Shown: one piece after another, positions 24,501 to 36,236 of the stretch
How positions within the stretch are numbered: the first letter of the stretch is position 1
How the letters are laid out: every line of letters begins with the position of its first letter
Assembly (NCBI GenBank): GCA_009602725.1
Contig: WELB01000001.1
Coordinates: 1,334,660 to 1,398,659 of the forward strand
DNA: 64,000 nucleotides
Reading direction: 5' to 3'
Origin: Spirogloea muscicola
Taxonomy: Eukaryota
The notes under the pieces: model-generated
The model's input: only the letters and a program-made list of their open reading frames with translations
The model's database searches: none
What the model was told of the DNA's origin: nothing
Translations under genes and position numbers: made by a program

Positions 24501-27500
24501 CCCTGGTCACGATGTCCCGGCTTGTCGGGCCACCCAGCCTTATCTTGAGGTAGAGCGCCAGGTATGGCGGCCGGCCATCTTCGCCCCCTGGCCGCAGCAC
24601 GCCAACGCAGCGCACAACCCCTTCTACACGGCTCGCTACATCCTCAATCTCTGCCGGCTCAATGCGGTGGCCCCTCACCTTGACCTGCACTCATCAGCCA
24701 GATTCTCAACTTGCTGTTAATGATTGGCCTGGCCTGACGCTTATCATGAAGCCTTGTAGTCAGCAACAGGCAACTGCAATAGGCAGAACCACAAAATTCA
24801 GAACCACACTGCAAGCCCAAAAGAGGTAGTGTAGTCAGTTTCTGCAGCCACATGAACAGACCTGAAAGTCAATGCGACCGAGGAAATTGATGCGCCCATC
24901 TGCAAGCCAGCGGCAGCGGTCGCCCGTGCGGTAGAGAACACGATCGTGCGGCCCAGTGCTGAAAGGGTTCTTCTGAAAGTTCTTGGCTGTCAGGTCAGGT
25001 CGATTCAAATAACCTCGCGACACGTGCACTCCGGCAATGCACATCTCCCCTGGAACCTCCACCGGCAGCAGCTCGAGGTGCGGGCCTAGTACATAGAACT
25101 GCACCCATGCACAAAGTGACCAAGGTACTTAAAAACCTGATGCAATTGCAATGCTAAGCTCTTGAAGCCAAGTACTTCAGTATCTGCAGAATCTACCATG
25201 CTCTGTGCATGACAGGTAGGGCATAGATGACAAGCATTGTAATAACTGCAGGTATCAAGACAGCAGGTGTCAATGTGTCCTTTGGCGCACTGACATGAGC
25301 TCCAGGCCATGGTCGGCCAAGATTGTCCTCCACAGGCTGGTGAGGACGCCACACAGCCGAGCAGGCTGCGATGGCGCACTCTGTCGGAGCATAGTGGTCA
25401 ATGACTGTCCTGCCCGCCGAGGTCCACTTCCTGCAAAGTGCTCGTGGTAGGACCTCCCCGCCCGTGGCCAGCCAGCGCAGGGAGGGCGCCATATCAGGCT
25501 CTAGCAGGGTCATGACGGTGGGAGTAAGCACCACTCCTGTGACACTGAACTTCCGGATGAAGGCATTGGCGTCAGTGAGCAGGTCCTCCTGCACAGGATT
25601 CGACAGCAGAAGCCGTAAGCCCATGCTCTGGCTCACTGGTTTCGAAAGCAGACCTGCCCTTGTACCCCTGCACGTTGATCTGCTAGCTTGAAAGCAGCAA
25701 TGGATGCCTCCCTTTCTTGTAAGCTGGAGATGTTGTGATGCCACTGCAAGCTCGACAACCTGACAATGCCATGTAAAACCTGCTCACCTTGGGGCATATG
25801 GCCACCGCAGCCCCAACGTCGAAAGCACAGTAGCAGTCCATCGCGTGCAGATCGAAAGTGGACGCGCTCAGCTGCCCGCGCACGTCGTTCTCCAGCGGGG
25901 GCAGCAGCTCCCGGAAAGAGTGGGCCATGTTCACGACACCCCTGTGTGTGACTAGCACTCCCTTAGGTGCTCCTGGCAGTTTCAGTGCAAGGAGGAAGGT
26001 CAGTAACTGGCACACATCTTGAGCCTAATCATGGCTTACACGATGCATTGCAACCAAGATACGAAGCCACTACTTCACATGATGCATCTGCCGAGCGATA
26101 TCTTAATGAGTGCAGTCAGAATATAAATCAGTCAATAACAGCTGTGAGGCCTGAAGGCCCAAAAGTAAGATGTGCAGGGTTTGCAACACTGAGCTACATT
26201 AGACTGTCTCCGCGAGTACGTGAGAACAGCTGTCATTGTGCATGGCTTCCTGTTGTGATGCACTTGAAGGCTGACCTGTGGAGCCGCTCGTGAAGAGCAC
26301 GTAGCAGACGCTGGAGCCGGCCGGATTAGCTGCTGCAATGGCTGCCTCATCAATCACGTGCCCCTGCAGGGTCTCAATGCTCACTAGGTGGACGCCCTCC
26401 CAGCCATGGGCCCACTGAAATGTGCCAGCGCTCTCCCGATTGCTGAGAACGATGCGCAACTTCGTCTGCTCCAAGAGCTCCTGTGACCTCAGCTGCGGGT
26501 GCGCAGGGTCCAGGGGCAGGTACGCGCGGCCGCTCATCATCGTGCCGAGCATGCACGCCACCCAGTCGATGCACCGGTCCATGCCGATGGCCACCATGTC
26601 CTCCTGCCGGTAGCGAACTTCCTCAGAGGGGATGCCGAGCGTAGCAATCAGGAAGCTCGCAATTCCCTGTGCTCGCTCATGGAGCTCGCGGTAGGTTATG
26701 GACGCCCCGTGCTGCAGAACAGCCACCCTGTCTGGCCACGTGCGCACTGCTCGGTCAAACAGCTCGACGAGGTTGTCATCCACGTCGCCCTTGGCTTGGA
26801 CTGGGAAGTTTGTCCCCTGCCGCCGCTGCTCCATATCGCCTTTGGGGTCTTGAGCCTGGAGCCAACCATGCAGCCGCCCTGTTGTCAACTTCTGGTGCAA
26901 TGCGCGGGCCACCTTCTGGCCAGAAAACTCCACCTTCACCAGTTGCCGCTCCTCGGCACAGAGCACATCCAGCCGGTGCACAGGTGTTGCAGCCACCCTG
27001 GCGGCAGGCAAGGACGCCAGGGACTCCAGCAGAAAGTGGAAGTTGGCTGCGAGCCGCCGTATGGAGGCAGCTGCATACGCCTGCCTGCTGAACAACCACG
27101 TCAACTCCAGGCAGCCGTCCTTCTTGAGCATCGAGCGCAGCACGAACTCACGCCCGTCGAGGCCGCCCTTGCTGGTGACACCAGGCTGGCACTCGAGGTC
27201 TGTGAAGTCAAAGAGCGCCCTTGCTCCCGTTGCCCACGCGTCCATGTCTGCACAGTCCTCCTCTTCATCTCTTGCAGATGATGGTGTAGATTGGCGGCTC
27301 AGTCCAGCCAGCAGCTGCGTAGCGACCTGCAACACCACACTGGCAAAGGGTGCCGCGCCCTCCTCGCCAGCATGCCATCCATTCTCCGCAGAGGGTAGTG
27401 CACTTGAAGGACGCTGGCTGGCGGTGGGCTCGAACGAGACCCTAATAGGCAAGTCCTCTACCTCCCCGCCCTGCCAGGCCTCCTTCCTCGGCTCCGGCCA

Positions 27501-28019
27501 TCCCTCGCCGTTTGCATCCTGCAGCAAGGATGTGTCATGGGAAAAACCATTGACTGCCAGCTGCACCGTCACATGGCCGTTCTCCATGGCATGAGCCTTG
27601 AGGATGCTGGCATCGGTGGGCTGCTGAGCGTAGCCATTCAGAAGCTTATGGAAGGGACCGACGTGACCGTTGACTGGCTTCTGCGCTGTCACCGTGACGG
27701 CCTTAGCCAAGCCGCCGAGGCCGTTGACTGCAGCTACCGGTCGGCAGCAGGCCAAGGTCGCATTCACAGCGATGTGCTGCTCGATGGGGTTGTATCGATG
27801 CAGCAGAGTGACGAAGGCCGAGAGGAGGATGAGTGGGAGCCCTTGCGCGTCGTCGATGCCGGCGTCTGAGCCCGCGTGGATGGTGAGCTCGGCTCCAAGC
27901 CGCGATAGCGCAGCAGCACTCTGAGCGGGCACCGTCGAGGACGTCTCGCTGAACGTCCGCGGCTGGACGCCATTGTCCACTCCCGGCTCCGCAGGCGCTG
28001 CGAAGGGAAGCAGCGCCAT
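21541..28019 (-). CDS. Monomodular non-ribosomal peptide synthetase: partial C - adenylation - PCP - condensation; ~7 exons
   Basis: A-domain core motifs: AYLPLDP, YVLFTSGSTG|APKGV, STFDL, GGE, DHYAPTE, GEMCIAGVHVSRGYLNRPDLT, YRTGD, GRIDFQ|VKVRGHRIE, LPSYMMP, SGKVDRK. PCP: NFFDLGGNS. C-domain: LSEAQ, RHQALR, SHLICDGIS, YNDYVAWE, FWR. Last exon ADILERSFMTAMCRHYSSLLES. Approximate exons: 28019-26276, 25972-25788, 25588-25295, 25098-24862, 24684-22520, 22237-22077, 21778-21541. Confidence 0.93.
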
Positions 28020-29149
28020 GCTTGCCGGCGGCGGAGCCCCGCCAGAATCATCAGCGGAAGCTGGGGCCGGTGGATCCGGCAGCGGCCATGTCGGATCCGG
28101 CTCCCTCGGCGCTCAATGCCACAGGCACCCATGGCTGCCGCTGCGGGTGGCGCCGCGACACTCGCTCAGAGGACTCGCCGGCGGGGCCGCAGCAGCTATG
28201 GCAGCGGCGCCGGCGGCGCGGGTCGGGGCGGCGGCGCCGGCNNNNNNNNNNNNNNNNNNNNNNNNNNNNNNNNNNNNNNNNNNNNNNNNNNNNNNNNNNN
28301 NNNNNNNNNNNNNNNNNNNNNNNNNNNNNNNNNNNNNNNNNNNNNNNNNNNNNNNNNNNNNNNNNNNNNNNNNNNNNNNNNNNNNNNNNNNNNNNNNNNN
28401 NNNNNNNNNNNNNNNNNNNNNNNNNNNNNNNNNNNNNNNNNNNNNNNNNNNNNNNNNNNNNNNNNNNNNNNNNNNNNNNNNNNNNNNNNNNNNNNNNNNN
28501 NNNNNNNNNNNNNNNNNNNNNNNNNNNNNNNNNNNNNNNNNNNNNNNNNNNNNNNNNNNNNNNNNNNNNNNNNNNNNNNNNNNNNNNNNNNNNNNNNNNN
28601 NNNNNNNNNNNNNNNNNNNNNNNNNNNNNNNNNNNNNNNNNNNNNNNNNNNNNNNNNNNNNNNNNNNNGCCCGCCCGCCCCTCTGCCGCCCCGCCTGGGA
28701 CGGCGGCCAGGGTGTGAAGGGGACCCCCCGGGCCCCTCTCCCCCGCGCCGGCGGTTGGCCAGCTTCTCGAAGCCCAGGAGGCGAGTCGCCGCTCCCTAGA
28801 GCCGACGAAGGCCTCGCGAAGCGGCACCGCGGGCCCCACGGGCGAGGCCGCGGAAGTCGTGTTGACGGTGCGCGGAAGCCGCCCTCTCCTTCGGCGCACC
28901 TGCCTGACTGCCTGTCTCCAACTTGGAGCCGCACCTTCTGTCACCAGTCAATCTGGCCGCGCTTCTGACTTCTGTCAAAAATTGTCGGGCTGGCTGTTCG
29001 TTCACAGCTCTTGCCCCCTTCGGGAGAGCCACTTTTTCCACAGCTCTTGCCCCATTTTGGGATGGCCACTTCCTGATGGACCTTGTTCGTTCTCTGGTTG
29101 GCTGGCTTTTGTGGGCTGGCTGAAAGCTGAAAGCTGAAAGCTGTCCTCC

Positions 29150-29572
29150 TCGATTTTGGTCTTTTTTTCTGGGCTAGCTTTGCCAGCCCCACTTCTTTAT
29201 GGGCGAGCAATTCCTTCCTCGCCCCCCTTCGAATAAGTAAGCTCTCTCACTGGACGAGGTTCTAAGGGCCAGAAGAAGGCCGGCGGGAAAATGCTCGCCC
29301 ATTGAGAATAGGGGCTGGAAAAGCCAGCCCAAAAGGAATTCAACAAAGGACGAGAAGGGGAAAGTGCTCGCCCATTGAGAATAGGGGCTGGAACAACCAG
29401 CCCGGAAAAGAATGAACAGAGTACGAGAAGGGGGCCAGGGGAAGCGCTAAGAAACAGAAACAAAGCAGCTACGAGACACTCAGTAACCCCTGCTAAGCAG
29501 CCGCAGATCAGAGATGCTGGGCTCCTGGAAGTGGGTCCCCTGGCCAGAGCCAGAGGCAGCAGCGAGGGCTGA
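29150..29572. mobile_element. CRE 3'-end fragments (D/E-like on +, two stacked subfamily A pieces on -)
   Basis: GTGCTCGCCCATTGAGAATAGGGGCTGG...CTCAGTAACCCCTGCTAAGC, nearly identical to 11550-11762. Confidence 0.88.
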
Positions 29573-31439
29573 AAAGCGCTGACTCACCCTTAGAAGAAGC
29601 TGCTTGTTGTCTGCGTGCCCATGCAGAGGCTTCGGTGCTTGTTTGCGTATGCCATCGACTAGCCCGCTCCAGCGCCTGTCCATCATCAGCCCGTTACTCC
29701 CGCTGTGGACCGATTTGCGGAGTTGTCCTTGTCAAAGCTGCAATGAGTGGGCGAACTCGCCTGCTTGAAGAAAGTGCTCGCCCAATCCCGCGCGCCCCCT
29801 GCTTGCCTTCGCCCAATCCTTCTTTCTTCTTGCGATTCCCCTTGCTTAGGCACTCGCCAGCACCAGCCCCGGCGCCTTCATGTGCACCACGCGCCTTACA
29901 CTCTCTCTTCGCGACGAGTTGGCGCGCTCAGGCTAAGGCGGCCGAGCACGCAGACCACTTTCCCTAGACTCTGCCTGAACAATGTATCGGCTTGAATTGG
30001 CCTCCATTTTATTTCATGCGCCCCGCGCGCCTTCTCTCTTCCGTGGGGCACACTTGTTACATTGGCCATCACTGCTTCCGACCTTCTGCAACCCACTGGC
30101 TGCCGTTGATGCTGTGGCAACACGTCACACAGAAGCACGGCAGCAGGAGCCATCCGCTAGCAGCCGTGCTACATTTCCTCCCCCCCGTGCAAAGGATGAG
30201 CACCTCAGCCCTAACTCGCAACTGCAAACTCAAGCGTCCCTTTGCATCTGCATAGGCACGCACTGATTGCAGCTTCACAAATTGGCGGGCACCTCCTTCT
30301 ATTAACCTAGCAAGTTCCTATATGCAAGACTAGGGTCTACTAATTCCTCAAAGGAGATTGCTTGTTTGGAACATTACCAATGAAATACCAACAAGCTCAC
30401 CACTTTCTGCCAAGGGGCCCCAGTAATACCGCCGTATTCCAACTTGCGGTTGCTAGGTAGGATTCACTGAGTCGCCATCCATAGCAGCCTCTTGTTCTGC
30501 CAAGAAAGTTGTGCATTCATGTTGAGGTTCCCGTTGACTCTCTGTCCATACGTGTTGACCTCTGTGCATATGTATTGATCTAGCTATGCACAGTCACGCT
30601 CTCTAGATCTTGTGTTGCAAAAGAAACCGATCTCTAAGCAGATTTGACAGAGTGGCCAACTAGACAGTAGCAAGAGTAGATGCCTGGCTGGAAATCCCGA
30701 TGGAGCATGCCCAGAGATCCTTGGGAGCGGTTTGGGAGATACCCTGACAAGCCCTCACCCTCGGGCACCTGGGGAGTTGGTCGAAGCGTGTGCTGCTCCC
30801 GCCCATTCCTTGTCTTTCCCTGAGTTGTCGCACACCTTGATGGTCGTCCAATTCCTTTCCCCAATCGCACGCTTAGGCTTGGCAGTCTGATGCCGTTCAA
30901 TATTGCAATGGGAAACCGGAAAATACGAGCCTGAGATGGATATTGAAAAGTGCTGGACCTCCGTCTTTCCGGATTCAGAAAGACGGAGATCTTTCTGTGC
31001 AGATGAATCTGCGTCTACGATGTCAACATTGCCATTGTGGCAGTGCTGCTACTGTAGTAGCAAACGGGTGGATTACTCCTGGGCAGGTCATCTATGTCAA
31101 CTATTTTGCGTATACAGCAGCAGCAATACGAAGATGTCATTGCCAATCTTGCGTAGCTAGTCTTATGTGTCCCATGCAGCCCACCGCGGAATTGCTGCAC
31201 ATACTTGCGACTTTTTTGTGACTTAAAGCGACGAGTTCCGTCCTACATCTCACCAGTAGAGTCCAGGCGCACAGCAACTGTATAACTGTGCGCCATACTT
31301 GCCTGGCTTTACAATCAATGTCAATATCATAAGTAAAGGTCACAAGTGTTGCAATGGATACCTAAGGCAATGAGATTGCCCGCACGCCACTTGCATCGGA
31401 AAAGTGGCTCTTCTGAAGGGGGCGAGGTCTGTGAAAAGA

Positions 31440-31993
31440 GTGTGGCTCTACTAGAGGAAAAGTGGAGTGTGTATACGAGATGGAGGGCCTGAGTAGCCAA
31501 GTACCAAGGCAAGCACATTGACAAATTTACGTCACCTGCAGCTGACCCGCTCAGTAACCACGAGTCAGCACTTAGAGGTCGCTAACTGATGCCCGAATAC
31601 CGGACGGCAATAGACAAGCTCTTGAAGTAACAGCTAAGGCTCGACCAGCTTTCTGATGCAACGCATGAGCCTGGCTCGCTGCAGACAAGCTGACCCTCGA
31701 CATTGCAAGAATGACAAGTAGGCTGCCAGCATGCCCATCTGAGCTGGAAGCATATCCTCACGTCGAGCATATCGCAGACTTGCAATATTCTCAAGGAAAA
31801 GAAATTCCGTGTATTTGAAACAGACGAAGGCCAAATGGCTAAGTACAAAGGCAAGCAGATCTTAAGACCTACATAACCTACAGCAGATTGACCCGCTCGG
31901 TAATTACAAGGTAGGGTATGGAAGCGAGGACCCATGCAGCCGAAAGTGTCAATTGCGGCTGCTAGGAGGTGATCACTGCGGGGGTAGTCAGAG
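31440..31993 (-). mobile_element. CRE subfamily C fragments (nested)
   Basis: Homologous to 8395-8800 and 60805-61400. Peptides YARREDMLPAQMGMLAAYLSFL and DYPRSDHLLAAAIDTFGCMGPRFHTL. Confidence 0.85.
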
Positions 31994-31995
31994 AG

Positions 31996-34900
31996 GAAGC
32001 GCAACCAGATTGACTGGTGGCTGGGAAAGGCCAGCCCAAAAGAATGGACAAAGTCTGAGGGAGCCTGAGTGCGAACGACTAGGACTAAGACATCAGCCAG
32101 GGAACGCTCAGTAACCTCTAGACAGGAGATGCAGGTCCGAGAAGCTAGCTGGCGGAAAGACGTCGACGGAAGCCGGAGGCCGCCGCCAAAGCTCGGCCTG
32201 CGCGCAAGTGAACCGCGAAGGCGAGGGACCGCTGCATCGAGACGGCCAAACGCATACGGAAAACCTGAGCGAGGGACCCGGCTACGTTGAAGCCAGGCTG
32301 CTCGCCCTGCTGCCCGAGGCGGCGGGCCGCTGCACGCCGCGCCAGGCGGTGGAGCAAGTCAAGCCATTTGGAGCCAGAGGCTCCGTGCACGTCCACTGCC
32401 AATGGAACGAACTCGTCGCCCACCGGGTGGTCCGAGTACTTCCGTTCCTTCTCGCCCGCCGCTTGGCCGACTGCGTAGCCCGCCTCCTCCGACGAGCGTT
32501 TTGCGCTGCTGGAAGCAAAGCTGTCAGTGGTGACGACGTCTGCGATGAGCCGTGGCCCCCCGCCGAGCACGCTGGCGACGAGGTCGGCGCGCCGGGCGTG
32601 GATGCGGCCATCCGCCCCAGCGGTCGGAGGCATGACGCTGGTGTTCTCGAGCGCCACCGCATAACCGGCCTCGACGAAGATGCCAAACATGGCATTTCGC
32701 AGCAGGTCGTGTGTTCCTGTCCGCTCCCCGCCCCATGCGCACCTAAGCATGTGAGCTGCCAACAATGCCGCGTCGGAACTGCGCTCGCCACACTCACACT
32801 GCTGTACCCCACTGAGGCGGGGGGGGTGGAGGCCGAGGAGGCGGTGCACCGCCGTACGGAAGGCGTCGTCCGGCATCCGAAGTGCGTCGTGGATCGGCAG
32901 GGCAGACAACCAGGCAGCCGCCCCTGGTGAGGACGCCGAGAGCAGCCGCGCGCGCCCCCGGAGGTCGTCCGGAGACAAAAGCCCCATCGCCGTGGAGAAA
33001 GAGGCCGCATCCACCTCCGCCATGAAGCGAGCTTGGGCCCGGAGGTTGGAGGTGCGCGAACGGGACGGCCCGCGGCACCAGGGCGGGGTGATCTGCAAGC
33101 AGCGCACCCGGGGCAGAGCGGAGAGCCGCCTGGAAGGGGTACGGGCCAGTCTCCACGTCCGCTGCCGCCTGCTCCAGAAGGCGACCCCCATGCCGGAGGA
33201 AACGCTGGGCCACCGACGACGCAACCTGCGCCCAGCTCCCCAGGTGCGCTGCCCGGCAGGCACGAGCCAGCGGACGGCAGCCCAGACCCCCGCGGCTCAC
33301 AGGCAGGGAGGCCTGGTGCACGGCAGCCGGCGTCGCCAGGAAGGCCGGGTGTTGGATCAGGGCCGCTGCGCTGGCGAGGATACCTGCATCAAAGGTTGCA
33401 TAGGCAGCCTGCGCCGCCGGGGAGGGGGGGAGGGCTCGCGCCAGGTACTGAGGACGTTGGGCAATGCTTCGCGTCAGCATGGCGAGCCCTAGCTGCATGT
33501 CGCGCAGCTCCGGGAGGCGGGCCGCCGGCCTGAGTTGCTCCTGCAGCTTGCTCCGCAGCTGCTCGTCCACGAAGGCCGGAGAGCCCAAGGGAACCCTGAG
33601 GAGTGGGAGGCCCCCCGCTGGTGTCTGACAGCCGGAGGGTAGGCGGAGGAGGGCTGGCAAACTTGTGGGGACCAAGCGCTGCACTTCGACGCGCGGATGT
33701 CCAGGCCAATCTCCGTCAGCTGCGCCTCGAGGGTGGCAAAGGCAGCCAAGACCTCGTCTGCGGGCCCGACTAGGGTGGTGTCGTCGGCATACGTGGGCAT
33801 GAAAACGGCCCGGGTGAGCAGCTGCCGTGGCCTTCAGGGCACGGTCGTGGGCCAGCGCGTAGAAGAACCCCGCCAGCGGGCTCCCCTGACGCGTGCCTGT
33901 GGAAGACTGAAGGACCTCCACCCCTCCGGCGCCACGCCGGCATAGGAGATCACTGGGCTGGCCGTAGCCCAGCCGGAAGAACGGCAGCAGGGTGGGGAAG
34001 CCGTCACGGAGCTCCTCGGCGACAGCGTTGAATGCATTGCGGACGTCCACTGCCAACACCACCCACTCGGGGTGCAAGTTGAGGGAGGCCCGCACCCCAT
34101 GGACCACTGCTTCGCCGCCGCTCCGCAGGCCTGCGCCATACTGGTGTGGGGCCAGATGTGTCTGGGCCGCAGCGGCGTGCTGTTGCCAGAGTGCCCGGCC
34201 CACCAGGCGGTACAGAACCTCGCCGATGGCGATGGGGCGGACGCCGCCATTGGCCTTGCTGAGGGCTAGTAAGGTGCTGGCGCAGAGCACACTGCGGATG
34301 CTGGCCGGGATGTGACCCCGGGCCATGTGTTGGCACACCTGGTGCAGCGCCCAAAAGTCTGCCTCGTCCCCCTCGAGGAAGAGCTCCCTCAAATGCTCCG
34401 TGACCATGCGCGAGGGGCCGCCTGCAGCTGCTCGCCGGCTGCTCTGCAAGGCCTTGCGGAAGGCTGCCGCATCAAGGGCCACCTCCGCCTGCGGGACGTA
34501 GGAAGCCAACCACGAAGGCAGGGGAGAGCATGCCGGGGGGTGGAGGGACGAGAGGGCTTCCCGCGTGGCCTCAGTCGCCGGCGCCAACACCGAATCATCA
34601 AGCGCCTGGACGGCTCTTGAGAGCTCCCCGGCATGGCCATACCCCGGAGAGCGCGGCGGACACTGGCCGCCCCGTCAGACGAAGGCGCTGTCTGCGAGGT
34701 GCGGCGGACTGCCGAGGCCGCAGCCACTGCAGCGTCGTGCCGCGCCAAGAGCTCCTCCCATCGCCCGCACTCAAAGAGGTAGATGCGGTCCAGGAGCAGC
34801 TGGCGGCCTCGGCCGTGGCCCTGGGTGGGTGCTCGCCCGAGCAGCAACCTGGGGAAGAGGATGAAGACTTTCCAGGCGGCCGCGTCCCTGTGGTCGACCA

Positions 34901-35575
34901 CGATGCGCTGCAGAACGGGGCGGAGGGCGCGGCGCAGATGTGGGCGCGCCCACCGCGGCACATGGCGCAGGAGTGGGAGAGCCTCCTGGCGGTGGACCAC
35001 ATCCAGGTCAAGGTCCGCCGCCCATTGCCAGTGGTGGGGACCTGGAGGGGTCGGCCGTGCTGGGACACGCCGGCCTGGGCTGCCACCACGGCCGCGGCCG
35101 CCCGCTGCGGACGTGGCCCGCGTCTGTGCAGCACGATTGGCCTGCTGCCGGCAAGCGCGCTCGTGTGAGGTCCGCGCACGCTGGGTTGGCCAGGGGCGCT
35201 GACAGTGCCGGCACCGTAGAGGCTCGGACGGAGAAGGCGGCGGTGATGACGAGGCGGGTGGCTGGCTCAGCGGCGGGGGGCGCGGGGCAGGCGGCGGCGA
35301 CCACGGCGGCGACGGTGGTGACGCTGGCGTCGGCGACGGCGGCGGTGTCGGAGGCGGCGGGGAGGGTGAGGATGGTGACGACGGCGGGGCGGGTGGCGGG
35401 TTGTTGCAGCTGCGGCCCTTCTGCCACGGGAGGCGCACACACAGGATCATCAAGGCCAGCCCGCGAACGAGGCCGAAGGGCCAGAAGGCGCTAAGACCAT
35501 CATCAGCAGACCAACTGGGTTCAACGTCACCAATCTGCCGAGACAACGCTTACGGCCTATGTAAGCATCTACTAC
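31996..35575 (-). mobile_element. Near full-length CRE-clade non-LTR retrotransposon (subfamily B): single ORF Pro-rich - Zn finger - RT - CCHC - restriction-like endonuclease, broken by ~4 frameshifts
   Basis: Zn finger CRHCQRPWPTQRARTSHERAC. RT motifs GGVRPIAIGEVLYRLVGRA, HQYGAG..GGEAVVH, VLAVDVRNAFN, GTRQGSPLAG, YADDTTLVG, GGLG. CECG...HMLRC...HDLLRN. RLE motifs RRADLV, IADVVT, KERKY, FVPLAVDVHG. The pieces lie in ORFs 34389-35546, 32794-34590, 33489-33800 and 32145-33263. Confidence 0.93.
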
Positions 35576-35580
35576 TGAGG

Positions 35581-35985
35581 AGAAGAAAGTGCTCGCCCGT
35601 TGAGAATAGGGGCTGGAAAAGCCAGCCCAAAAGAGACTGAACAGAGTACGAGAAAGAAGAAGGCTCGCCCATAAAGAAAGAGGGGCTGGCAAAGCCAGCC
35701 CAAAAAGAATGGACAATGTCCAAAGCCGAAGAATGAGAAGCGGAGGAAGGACTCCTCTACTCTACCAATCACGATAACATACTAGGGAAGCTCAGTACCC
35801 GCGAGTGAGCAACATCAGGTCCGAGTAGCTCGAGGCAGGGAAGGAGGCACTCCGCCGAGACCCGGAGGCCGCGGCCAGAGCGCGTCCTGCGCGCGTGTGG
35901 ACAGCGTGGGCAAGGGATCGCAGAGAAAGGGGGCCAGGGGAAGCGCTAAGAAAAACAAGCACACAGAGAAACAAAGCAGCTACTG
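35581..35985 (-). mobile_element. CRE subfamily A 3'UTR interrupted by a subfamily D fragment
   Basis: The A UTR is split at GTACGAGAA|GGGGGCC by a ~270-nt D piece ending SYSDLMLLTRGY*. GAGAAAG occurs at both junctions (35650-35656, 35923-35929). Confidence 0.85.
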
Positions 35986-36236
35986 AGCTGGGCAGTCGTG
36001 CTCATGGCGAGATAGAATGGCGCGAATCCGCCCATCTAAGACAACGGTTCCGCCTGTTAGGGCAGCCACAAACGGGACCTGCGATTCCCCGGGCCCCTCG
36101 CCTCCGCCACCATCCCCCTCGCCGCGCCCTGCGGCGGGGGGCGCGGCGCGCCTGGCGCGCGACCCTTTGGCGAAGCCTCCGCCTCCGCCGCCGCAAAGCC
36201 CGGCGAAGCCGAGAGCTCAACCGCGTCGCGCCCGCC

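Noticed and set aside
35498..35507. CTGATGA hammerhead core or C-box in the element leader
   Set aside because: No correctly placed GAAA/stem II or D-box partner was found.
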